Positions 26,005 to 38,208 of a stretch of 64,000 nucleotides of DNA are shown piece after piece. Numbering within the stretch: position 1 is the stretch's first letter; every line of letters starts with the position of its first letter. The DNA comes from Octopus sinensis. Taxonomy: Eukaryota. The notes under the pieces are model-generated. The model was not told the origin of the DNA and made no database searches. It saw only the letters and a list, made by a program, of their open reading frames with translations. The DNA lies in NCBI RefSeq assembly GCF_006345805.1, contig NC_043016.1, positions 1,116,001 to 1,180,000 of the forward strand. Reading direction: 5' to 3'. The translations under genes and the position numbers were made by a program.

Positions 26005-26316
26005 GGAAGCGCAATGGCCCAGTGGTTAGGGCAGCGGACTCGCGGTTATAAGATCACGGTTTCGATTTCCAGACCGGGTGTTGTGAGTGTTTATTGAGCG
26101 AAAAGACCTAAAACTCCACGAGGCTCCGGCAGGGGTGGGGTGGCGATCCCTGCTGTACTCTTTCGCCACAAATTTTTCTCACTCTTTCTTCTGTTGGCCA
26201 GCTCGCTTAGCCAGCGGGGTAGCGTTATTTGATAGCTAAAACAATGCGAAGCGCATGGCGACCAGCGATGTGTAGCAACATCTGATAGCCAGGTCGGTCA
26301 CGGTGATCACGGTGAT
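26005..26316 (+). mobile_element. tRNA-derived SINE, second family
   Basis: tRNA-like head TGGCCCAGTGGTTAGGGCAGCGGACTC...GGTTTCGATTTCC and a short repeated tail CACGGTGAT x2. Confidence 0.7.
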
Positions 26317-26779
26317 GTATATATATATATATATACTATAGGTATATTATGAAACTGATTATATACCTTTGTCACAGGTACGTATTATGTATAATATACA
26401 CTGACTATTAAAAATCAGAGAGAACATCGGCTACTGTCGAATGTATATACCATGCAATTGTAAAACAGCAGAAAATTAGTTCAACACTGGTTGTAAGTTT
26501 TATTCTTTATCAAGATTCTTAACTTTGGTTTACCCGATCAGCTGTGTAGCAAATTAATTATTGTCTGACTCAGACCGCCGTAAATGAGCAGATCTATGAT
26601 CAAAAAGCTAATACGCCTGTGATAATCACAACTATTATCTATGTACAGGGGGATTTGGTTGCTATTTCTAGGATACCAAGCAACAATGTAGCGGCACACT
26701 CTCTGACTGAATGTAAAATGAATACTATATGAAGTAATTGCTTCGTTTCATATCAGTTTAAAATTTTTATATTCTAGGC

Positions 26780-26960
26780 CAGCAAATACGGGGAAAGCAA
26801 ATACATCGATTCCATTTTTTAACTGATACCTGTTTACAGACTCTGAAAAGACGAAAAGTAAATTCGACCTCAGTGGAATTTTGAACTCAGAACGTAATGA
26901 CGGACGAAATGCCGCTAAGCATTTCCCTGGCGTGCTAAAGATTCTGCTAGCTCACTGCCT
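26780..26960 (-). mobile_element. Diverged copy of the 23066-type SINE
   Basis: Reverse complement matches the head and body of 23066-23270. Confidence 0.6.
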
Positions 26961-27769
26961 TAATCCCTTGATTTTACATCATTGACAGTTTTGGGCCTGA
27001 ACTAGCTAGTTGTGTGCCAAGTCAATCGAAACCAACCTGATATAGTCAGTTCTCGTTATTCATACCGTCTCACATGGGATCAACTCCAATACACGATCCT
27101 TCCATCTCAGAATCTCAACGTCCTACAATTCCCATCCAGTACATCAGCTTAAACGAGGATCTTCGTCGGCTTCAATGATGAATATTCAGTTATCCAATCA
27201 TCTGAATTATCCTTCCTTTGAATTATAATGTAGGCGATTGAGTATTCCACAGACTCAATGAGAATCAGCGTGACTGAGTGTGTGACAAGGCTGTTCCTTT
27301 TAATTCAAAGGCAAACCTCATCTCAAAGACTTCGAAACAATTTCTGTCATCTAATTTTCACATATAAGGCTAGGGTAAAATAAAAGAGTAAAATAAAAGA
27401 CATTGACCCAAGACAGCACGCAGTAGGATGGAAACCGTCACCTCATCATTGCGAAGCATACTTATTAACCACTCGGCCATATTTACATTCACAACCAACC
27501 CAAACTACACTAATTTCAGAATATCTGTGAACATCACGGACATTGTTCTTCTAGCCTGTTTCCTCTTATTAATTTATTAAATACTCACACATAGAACAAG
27601 CCAAAAGGCATCTCAACCGCCATTAATTTACAAATGCATAAGACGAACACCGACCAACCAACCAACTAGCCAGCCAAGCAAGCAAGCAATCGAATCAGTG
27701 ACAACGACATGAACCCATTATTGAAATCACTAGTCGTCGTCTTCGTCGTTTTTGTTTCCTCGTTTTGGC

Positions 27770-27893
27770 ACTGCCTCCGACGTTCTGAGAGGCAAAGTTG
27801 ACCTCGTTAGAATTTGAAATACACAACATGATGACGGACGAAATAACGCTAAGCATTTTGTCCGGCGTAATAACAAATCTGCCAGCTGGCCAC
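27770..27893 (-). mobile_element. Diverged 5' fragment of the 23066-type SINE
   Basis: Reverse-complement similarity to the SINE head and body. Confidence 0.55.
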
Positions 27894-29354
27894 TATCTCA
27901 GACTGTAAAGGTTAATTCCCTTTTGAGTTTGAATAGTGTGGCGAAAATAACATAATTTTGATCTCGACACATCTTAGTCTTCAAAATTACAACACAGCAA
28001 CTTGATATGACAGAAGCTATGTCTGAACCCCAGGAAAAAGGCGGTGTCACAGTGTATCGCCGTCCACCGTGACACACTGTCTCAGACTGTGAAGAGCAAT
28101 GATTTTATAAAATCTGCATAAGACAACTTGCATGTTTAACTTGGTACCCAGTTATTATTGTGCTTGTTTAGCTTCAGTTCGAGCATGATCGAACAGGATT
28201 GATGATCGAAATCATTCCAGCTGTCACAATCACATTTTTTCCTCTCCTACAAAGAATTGACAGGAAAAGAAACGAAGCAAAAATGTCTTCGGTGTGTCTA
28301 ATTTTTAAAAAATTTAAAAAACCATGCTGTATTAAAACAACAAATAAAATAAAATAGGAATGATTTAAACAAACTCAGAATAATTTATTTGTCCAACTAC
28401 AGACATAGAATCTAGTTGTGCGAAATGGACAGAGATTTGAAAGTCAAATGTGTGTGGTATAAATGAGCAAATTCGCACGCATTAACATTTGCCATTGAGT
28501 CCACACACAAGCCTTATGCTATGTCTCCTCACTTAGCCATTCCTAAATATAGTGGTCACTTTCCACAAAAAGGGGTTGATCTCTTGCCATTTTCACAAAG
28601 GCTCACCCAACTTTGACTCGTGATCTTGTTTCTTCTTAATCTTCAACATAAACCCTGTACTAACCACTTCGGCAAATCCTTCTCTCTACAATGTCCTCTC
28701 TGCTCATGGTTACTCAACCGTTGTCAACTCAACTTGCAGTTAAGTTGACATTCGACGGCAACGTTATCGCAAGCGTTGGAGGGAACGCGAAAGCTATGGA
28801 CTCGTAACCATCTCCATTCGAATCAGTTAAAAATAAAACCAAAACAGGAATATTGCAGAAAGACTGGGAGTTGCAGACTTACGGTTTCAACAGATTTGTA
28901 TAAATGTTTACGAATTTCCAGTAAAAAAAGTTCTTGTTTTCGCAAACATTAATTTATAGAACTCATTTCCAACAATGATTACAAGTCAATTATGTCAACA
29001 AATGAAAACAAAACACACAAAAAACCCCCAAGACCAAAGCAAAACAAAACACACACAAAAAGAAATAAACAAAAGCACATCAACAAAAAACCGTCCCGCA
29101 GAATTCTTATAGGCTTGTCACAGTCATCCACAACTAAAGAGATTGTTTGATTTAGTTTAAAGTATCAGATCAATGTAATTGCTTAAACCTGTAAACCAAA
29201 GCCATACGTCACCGTACCGTATTTTGTATTCCTAGGACATTATTTTTAATGTGTCCTCTTTATTGTGACAGTACTGTGTAACTTAAACGAATGACATAAA
29301 TAGATCGACAGATAGAGTGATAGACTGACAGAAAGATAATTGTATAACATCATA

Positions 29355-29587
29355 AAATTGATATATGTATGTGTCTAGACACGTATGTATGCATGTATGT
29401 GCGTATGTGCGTAGGTACATTTTCATGTGTATATACACACATACACCACCACACACACAACACACACATATATATGTATGTGTATGAGTTTGTGCATGTG
29501 TACGTACATATGTGTGTACGTAGGTATGCATGTTTGTACATACATAATACATATAACGACACAATTTACATATACATATATATATAC

Positions 29588-29639
<52 letters not shown>

Positions 29640-29640
29640 T
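29355..29640. repeat. (TA)n/(CA)n/(TG)n low-complexity tract
   Basis: Dinucleotide repeats. Confidence 0.9.
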
Positions 29641-29969
29641 TACGGAAATAAAATTGTAACTTTGAAAATTATAGTTTCAAATTGCGAATCACCAGAAACA
29701 ATGCAATTTATTAAGAAAGTTTACAAATTTCTGTTCGATAGTTTATTCAATAAACAAACGGCATTAAGGTAAATGATTATTACGTTAATAGACCAATATG
29801 TTCACTATATTACGAGTTAATATAGTAATTAATGAAATAATTACTAGTTAATATTTGTGATGAGTTATATCACCGTATTATTGTGAAATACATTACTAGC
29901 TAAGACAGTCATAAGCGAAGATTTGAAGCAGCGTGAAATATAAGAACTTAATCAAAGGCTCAATGTGCT

Positions 29970-30363
29970 CATCATCATCATTGTTCGACCGTGGTTGAGA
30001 CAATGGAATTTACTATTTTACATCAGGCTTCACGGTCCATCATAGCATCACGGAGGTCCTGTTGCTGAATGCCTGTATCCCTGGAGATTACTTCAGTGTA
30101 GGAGGGTGTGCGCCCTCTAGTATTGCGAGTTGATGACTTCCAGAGGAGAAGAAATTACCTCTTTTTCAGCTCTACAATAATGTCCAGCAAACTGGACTCT
30201 CCTACCTTTCACAAGAGATGACACAGGTGGTAGTTTCCCATATATTTGCATTTTGGTTGGATGGCGCTCCACGAGAGATTTTGAGCTCTCATAAGGAAGC
30301 GAGTGTAGGTTCCATCCAACAGCCTCTCAAGCTTCTTTGATAACATCCAGGTTTCTGCGTCAT
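29970..30363 (-). mobile_element. RTE-clade LINE 3' part, same family as 23853-24569, runs into the gap
   Basis: Reverse complement aligns with ~24170-24565, including the (TGA)n tail. Confidence 0.85.
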
Positions 30364-30463
30364 NNNNNNNNNNNNNNNNNNNNNNNNNNNNNNNNNNNNN
30401 NNNNNNNNNNNNNNNNNNNNNNNNNNNNNNNNNNNNNNNNNNNNNNNNNNNNNNNNNNNNNNN
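30364..30463. other. Assembly gap (100 N)
   Basis: N run. Confidence 0.99.
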
Positions 30464-33400
30464 TTTCTTTTTTACGATCTACAGGATCATGCTCAAAATG
30501 GTTCGTTACTAGCACGCACCATCTTTGCAACATTCACCATCTTTTTTTGAATCTTTCGCGAGACAAAACTTCCCTCTCCATTCTTACCTTCCTTTTCAAG
30601 TGGTACTTGAAAAAGTTGATGAGCGATTGGCCAGAGAGGTAAGTGTTTGTCTCTAATCCTTTCGCTCGAGTCCACCACACACATTCTTCACCATGGCCAC
30701 CAGTACGATGAAAACTGCCTTGCCTTCCCGGTTGAGGGAAGGGGCGGAGCAATTCTCACGATAGACTCGGCCGATAGGCGAATTCGTCCCACACGTGACA
30801 GCAGCCGTTCGGCATAAGCCCACAGGTAGGAAATGGTTGGACATTGCACGAGTGCGTGCAGAACGGTTTCGTCGCTCTGACCGCATCTCGGGCAAGTCGG
30901 TCCAGTGTGTCTGGAACCGTGTCTGTAGAGCTTATCCCGAACAGGTAATGCTTCTCGATAGCACTGCCAGGCCAGGGATCTTTGGTGATTGTTCATAGGT
31001 CCCGGCCCGAAAGTTGTCCTGAACAGGCGGGTCAGGTGTTCCTCGTCGACGCCCAGACTCTGCCCGAGTTCGTCGTCGCACCTCCCCTCCACTAATCCTC
31101 TATAGAATGCCTTTGTTGTGATGGAGTCGCACAAGTTCGATCCCGGACGGCAGAGTTGCTTGAGAGCAACGCGACACTCGCGGTGCCATTCGCCTAGCCT
31201 CGGTCTCTGCTTGATCCATGACTGTAGTTCGTCCAAGGAGACGAGCTGCGGGAAAGCGCGCCGCACAAAAGGCGACCACCCCTGTTCACCGTTGTCTATG
31301 AAGCGCCGGAGATGTCGCAGTCTCAGCGCATGTTCTGCGCATCATCAACCACGGCATGCCCAGCCCTCCATTTAGCGGTTGTTGGCAGCAAATGGATCGT
31401 CTAACCATCGGAACGTTTCCCTTCCACAAGAAGCGGAAGAGTATGCGTTCCAGTTTGGTGATGGTAGGGTCGGGACAAGGCACGACGGTCAGACGATACT
31501 CGATGACGGATACGATGTACGCGTTCGCCACCTCCGCCCGACCTTTTAGGGATAGCTTTCTCTCAGTCCATTTCTGGGTGAGAGTAGCCACCCTAGTCGT
31601 TATCTCGCCCCCAGTTCTTCTCCATTTGGAGGTCCGGACCGAACCAGACCCCGAGCAATTTAACCGGTCCGTCCGTCCAGCGTCCCACGATGGAGACGCT
31701 GTTGGACGGCATGGGCTTGCTTCTCCAGGTGCCGAGCCGCAAGCCCACTGACTTTTCCGGTTAATTTTTGCTCCCGTTACCGCTTCGTATTCTTTCAGTG
31801 TCTCGCCGACCAGCTCGATGTGCTCGTAGCTCGACACTATGACGGTGACGTCATCCGCGTATGCAGACACGCTCCTCCCGCATCCCAGCTCTCGTGGGAT
31901 GCCCCTCAGCGTCGCCAGTTTCCGCAGTAGTAGTGGCTCAAGAGTCAGTACATACAGCAGCGATGAGAGGGGGCATCCCTGACGAACCGAACGCATGATG
32001 TTAAAAGGTCTGGATAGATGACCTTTACGCGAACTACTGAGCGGATGCCGCTGTATAAGGCAGCGATCCAACCGCGGAAAACTGGACCGATACCAGCCGC
32101 TTTGAGGACAGCCTCCAAGTAGTGATGGTCTACCCTATCGAAGGCTTTTGATTGGCCAAATTGATCAGCGCCCCACCCATGCCAGGATTTTTAACTACCC
32201 TGTCTATGATGTAGCGCATCAGATGGAGGTTGTCATGAATACTTCTACCCGGCACGGCGCATGTTTGCGCCTTGTCGATTAGTTTCTTGATGACAAGCGC
32301 CAACCTCTCGGCTAACACCTTGGCCAAAATTTTCAAATCTGCGTTGAGCAGAGTGATGGGCCTGAAATTATCTATGACGTCCCCCTTGTTGGGGTCTTTC
32401 TTGATCAGTGCCACTGCTCCTCGCTTTACAAAAGAGGAATACTCCCGTTCTGCTGCCAGTTGCAGTAGACAGCTGCCAAGACGCCTCCAAACAAGTCTGG
32501 CATATGAAAATAAAATTCGTAGGGCAGACCATCCAAGCCTGGTGACTTGTCTCTCGCGCAGCCTACCATCGCATCCTGTACATCCGCAGCTGTGATAGGC
32601 TTTTCACAAGACTCCACCTCCCTTGCTGAGAGTCGTGGCAAGGCATGCAGGTAGGCACTAAAGTCCACTCTGCTTTCTGACTCACCACTTGTCCCAAACA
32701 GTTGGGTGAAGTGTTGTTGAAAAACCCCACACATCCTTTTAGGCTCGAGCAATTCGCGCCCCTGTTCATCTATAAGAGACTTGATGGTGGCTCTGTTGCC
32801 TCGTTGCGTCTCCACCACTCGGGCCTCTTGGGCGGCTCCAACTCCTTCGTTCCTCAGAGCACGCATCCTAGCTCTGACAACGCATCCCTCGTGGTTGGCG
32901 TTGAGGTGTTGGTCGAGGGCCAATCTCGCCGCCAGTACGTTGGACGCGATGCCAGTTCTAAGTGCCTCTTAAAACCTTAACTAATTCTCCCTCTATTCTA
33001 TTCGGTCTAATGCTAAGGCTCTACTGTATCTGACTGATTCTGCTTTAATCGCTTTTTTGGGGCATACCACCATCTGTTGTTGATGATGGTACCCGTCAAA
33101 GCTCTCTAACTAATGCTGATCCGGTCCCTGTAAACTGTCGTGCTGTAAAAGACGCGTTCAGTTTCCAGTAACCAGGACCTGCCTATGTGTCTTATCTAAG
33201 TCAAGTGTACAAGTCACAAACTTGTGATCTGTGTAACTGACTATATGAAATTGTGGACAACCTACACTATTTTTATCTATTGTCCTACAGAATACTCTGT
33301 CTAAGTATGATCTGGACGACCCGATGCGGTTACTCCATGTCCACATTGGCACATTCGGGTGGTCCAGTCGGTACCTGTCAGACAGTTGGAAACGTCTGAG

Positions 33401-36290
33401 CAGGTCTTTGAGGCATTTGCATCCCTTCTATTGCTATCTGCCCACGTAGTCTAGATGCGTGTCCAGGGTGGCATTCCAATCCCCACTAAAAGTAAAGGAC
33501 GAGACGTTCCCATGAAAGACTCTAGACGTCGAAAGAAAGAAATCTGGTCGGCCTGTTAAGGACGGAGCATAAACTGCTATCAGTCGAAAAGCACACTCAT
33601 TGCTGCCATCGACATCCAAAACGACCAGCCTACCTCCGGGTCTAGGAAATTTGCTCTTACTTTGAGATCCAGACTCTTCCGGATAAGCACCGCGGTGCCA
33701 CCTCCGCCCATTCTCGGTAGACACGGAGAAAAATAAATGTTGAAATGTGTACCGAAAATGTGCTGGAGTGCCCGCAAGCTGTGGAGGTGGTCTCACTGAT
33801 GGCTATGATATTCAGATTTAGTGACTTGATGTCATTTAACAGGTAGCCTTGTTTCCAAGGCGACCCCAAGCCACGTACATTTATACTACCTATTCTGAGC
33901 ATGTTCCGATAAAAGTGCAAAAAAGGAAAAGGAGAGAGAAAAGGTTACTTGTTTTTCGAAAGTTCTTTGTCTTTCACCTCACGGTCTTCTTCTATGAGGC
34001 TTTTATACAGTTTTTTCGATGAGTACTTTTGAAATCTCCCTACTGCATCAGGGTAAGAGATTTCAGGGTGCTGTATGTGTTCTGTGTCACGTGTATTATT
34101 TTAATGTGTGGTGGTGGTTGTATGTGGGTGGTACTTGTTTTTATGTCGTTTTCAGTAATGTTAGTGTTTGACCTAATGTGTTCCATTAGGTCGTGGTTGT
34201 TTGTGTTTATGGCTGTCAACATTTTTGGGGGTTTGATGATGGTGTGTTTGTTTTGTTGATGTGTGTGTTTTCTGTGGATGTTTTTGTTTCGGGAGTGGTG
34301 TATCTTCCGCTTGTTTGTTATTATTTCTTTTCTTTTTTTCCCCCTTTTTCTTCTCCCCCCTGTGGCTATTTGCCAATCTTCCGTGTCTTCTCGTCTAATG
34401 ACAGATCAGACGAATCGGAGTCTGGAAGAGGGAAAGAATTGGGGTCTATTGTCGACTGTGTTGGTTTTGTTGTTGGTGTTGGTTGGTGAGCGTTTGGTTG
34501 TGGTGTATGCGGTTTTGGATGTGGGGTTTGGGTATTTTGTGTTTGAGTGATTGTGGGTATTGTTGTGTTGTTTAGGGTCTCAATTTTGTGGGGATTTGGA
34601 GTTGTGTAATGTTTCTTCATTTTTGCTGGGTGTCTTTTTGGCAGATGTCCTTGGTTTGGGAGTTGGTATTCTTGGTTGTTGTTGTTGGTGATGCTGCTTC
34701 TGTTCTTGGTGCTGCAGTTGGTGTGGTTGTTTGTTTGGTGAGGTTGTTCCTGCAAAAAGTGGTGTGGGTAGTAAACCTTGTTTATTTGTTTTTGTTTCCG
34801 GCTGCTGTTGTTGTTGCTGTTGTTTTCTTGCGGCAGATTTGCAGTCTTTTTTGAGGTGTTGCTCACTGCCGCATATGTAGCAAAGTGGTCTTCTGCCATC
34901 GACGACACATATAACTTGTGGTCGTCTGATACACATATCTGGGTGGGTATTTTTTTATATCCTCATGATGTATATGTAGAAGAAATTCTATTTTTTGTCC
35001 CACCCAGTTTTTATGCTCTGTGACTGTGGTTTCCAAAATAGTATAATTCGCCATTTTTCGCATAAGGCCTTTACAAGCCATAGACTATTGGCTATTTTGG
35101 GGACATTGTTTAGAGTGATCTTAGTCACTTTCTGTCCCCGATAGCTTGGGTAAGTTGGAGTTCATCTGAGTGAAGAGTTAGCGTGAGAAATGTCTAGCTA
35201 ACTCTTCGGTGTAGAAAACAACTTGTATGTGGGCAAATTTGTTCCACCAGGTTACATATTCTTTGTGATCCCAGATGGGTTTCAAGCACTTCTCTATTTT
35301 GCTTGTGTTGGCCTTCTCTGGGATTTTTGTTTTTTTGTTAACTATTTTATAAATGATGTTCGTCTTTTTTCATTTTCCAAAATATCTTCTGGTATGTTTA
35401 TTTTTACTATACTTCTGATTCTGTTATTTTGATGTTCGTGTCCTGTATTTGTTGAGCCGTAAAGTATATTGTTGTTTTTTTTTTTAATCGCCTCAGCGAA
35501 ATTTGTTGTTGTTTTGTTATTGTTGTTGCTTGTGGTGATGTTGTATTGGCTGCAGTTTGTAATTGGTGTGTGTTTGGTTCGATCGTGCTAGTAGGAAGGG
35601 GTGGAAAATTGCCTGCGTACTTTAGTCCTGCACTAGGGCAAAATTCGACATTTCGTTTGCTTGTCGTCGTTATTTTTTTCACTTGTTGGTGATGGAGTGA
35701 GCAGTGGTTGAAGGGAATTGTTGTTGTCGTCGTTGTTGTTGTTGTTATTGTCGTTCTTGGTGACGGCGGTGGTGTTAGTAGTATTAGTAGCATTGACGGC
35801 ACGGTCTTTGGTGGCGGTGATGGTGATGTTGTTATTGGTGGCGATATCTTTAGTAGGGATAGCAGTTTTAGTAGCAGATTCTGCCATGGTGTTGGTGGTG
35901 GTGGTGGACTCACTGATGGTGTTGACGGTGCTTGGCCCTGCGACCTTTGTTTGTATTTGTTGCTGTTGGTGGTGGTGGAGTTGTCAGGTTCGGCGTATGC
36001 TAACAGAGCATCCTGTTTTTCTGTTTCTGCGTCACGCTTCACTTGCAACTCAGCCTCGTGGTGGCCAGTGGCCATTTTGGAAATAAAATGGCTAAATGAA
36101 ACCACGAAGGCTATGAGAATTTTTTCTTTTAAATTTTGCCCACAAGGGGCAAAATTTTGTGTCGATATTTATCAAAGGTTTACAGTGGATGTTGTTGCAC
36201 AACTTTAAGCACAAAATGTTTGTCAATATACACTTTTAAATGGTCAAAATAAATGATTACCTTCGGAGCTAAACGACATCACATCCGTCA
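30464..36290 (-). mobile_element. Tx1-like LINE copy E, 3' UTR lost in the gap
   Basis: ORF2 33902->30479 and ORF1 36075->~33945 (CYICGSEQHLKKDC). 5' end abuts (GATA)n. Confidence 0.92.
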
Positions 36291-36310
36291 GAGATAGATA
36301 GATAGATAAT

Positions 36311-36345
<35 letters not shown>

Positions 36346-36346
36346 T

Positions 36347-36396
<50 letters not shown>
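36291..36396 (-). repeat. (GATA)n spacer (TATC on the element sense strand)
   Basis: GATA repeat. Confidence 0.97.
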
Positions 36397-36468
36397 TGTT
36401 TCTTTATTAGCCACACAGGGCTGCACACAGATAGAACAAATTACAAGGTAGAGCTTTTCTTTTGAAGG

Positions 36469-36503
<35 letters not shown>

Positions 36504-37723
36504 AAGGGGGAGGTTCGATCAAAAGGGATCGTAAAAGGAGAGAAAGAGGACAAAAAAAAGGGGGGGTTAAAAAAAAAAAAAAAAAAAAGGGGAGAGGAAA
36601 AAAAAATGATCAATAGGGATCGTTATCACAGAAATGTCAATATGAAGTGTAAAGGGGAGGACAGGTGAGGTTTACCCGTGGAAAGAAAAGCCTGCGGAAA
36701 AGACCACGGTAACCTCGGTCAATGAAGTCACATTTTATATTTCTTTTTTTTTTTTTTTTTTTTTTGCAAATAAGCAACTCTCTGTTTTCGATTTCTGGGT
36801 TCATAGGACTATGCTCAAGGTGGCTTCGTCATTCATACGTGCCATTCTTGCTACATTCACCCATCTTTTTTAAAAACATTCGCTAGACAAAACTTGCCTC
36901 TCTACTCTCACTTTCCTTTTCAAGTGGTACTTGAAGAAGTTGATGAGAGATTGACCAGAGAGGAAGTGTTTGTCTCCAATCCTTTCAGACGCGTCCACCA
37001 GATACATTCTTTCGTCATAGCCACAAGGATGATGAAAATAGCTCTTCCTTCCCGTTTGAAGGAAGGAGGCGTGACAATATTGACGATAGACTCAGCTGAT
37101 AAACCGACTCGTCCCACACGTGACAGCAGTTGTTCGACATAAGCCACAGGTCGGAAATTGTTGGACACTGAACGAGTGCGTGCAGAACGGTTTCGTCGCT
37201 CTGACCGCATCTCGGGCAGGTCGCCCCGTGTTTCTCGAGCCGTGTCTGTAGAGCTTATCCCGAACGGGTAGCGCTTCTCGGTAGCACTACCAGGCCAGGG
37301 ATCTCTGGAAGGTGTCCATGGGCCCTGGCCCGAAAGTCGTCCCGAACAGGCGGGTCAGGTACTCCTCGTCGACGTCCAGGTTCGCCCCGAGCTCGTCGTC
37401 GTACCTCCCCTCCACTAAACCCCTATAGAATGATTTGGTTGTGTTGAAGTCACTTAAGGTCGACCCAGGACGGCAGAGTTGCTTGAGAGCAACGCGACAC
37501 TCGCGGTGCCATTCGCCCTTCCTCGGCCTCTTTTTGATCCACGACTGCAGTTCGGTCATGGAGACGAGCTGCGGGAAAGCGTGCCTCACAAACGGCGACC
37601 ACACCTGTTCACCGTCGTCTACATAGAGCCAGAGATGTCGCAGTCTCAGCGCGTGTCTGCGCATCATCAACCACGGCATGCCCAGCCCTCCTTTTAACGG
37701 GTGTTGACAGCAAATGGATCGCC
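36397..37723 (-). mobile_element. Tx1-like LINE copy F, 5'-truncated (ORF2 C-terminus plus 3' UTR)
   Basis: [15 protein letters not shown]... to stop at 36801, standard 3' end. Confidence 0.92.
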
Positions 37724-37779
37724 GTTAGATAGATAGATAGATAGATAGTTAGATAGATAGATAGATAGAATGATAGATT

Positions 37780-37813
<34 letters not shown>

Positions 37814-37984
37814 CAGATAGATACATAGATAGATAAGATAGATAGACAGATAGATAGATAGATGGATTGATAGATGGATAGATAAGATAGATAGATAGAT
37901 AGATAAAGATAGATAGATAGATAGATTGATGGATGGATGGATAGATAGATAGGCAGACAGACAGACATACAGATAGATAGATAG

Positions 37985-38016
<32 letters not shown>

Positions 38017-38091
38017 ATAGATAGATTGATGGATGGATGGATAGATAGATAGGCAGACAGACAGACATACAGATAGATAGATAGATAGATT

Positions 38092-38168
<77 letters not shown>

Positions 38169-38208
38169 GCAGATAAGAGAGATAGATGGATGGATGGATA
38201 GATAGATA
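37724..38208 (-). repeat. (GATA)n spacer with an internal 100-bp duplication
   Basis: Variant block recurs at 37924 and 38024. Confidence 0.95.

Noticed and set aside
28480-28830. More GC-balanced unique stretch, possible exon or promoter
   Set aside because: No convincing ORF, splice pair or motif.
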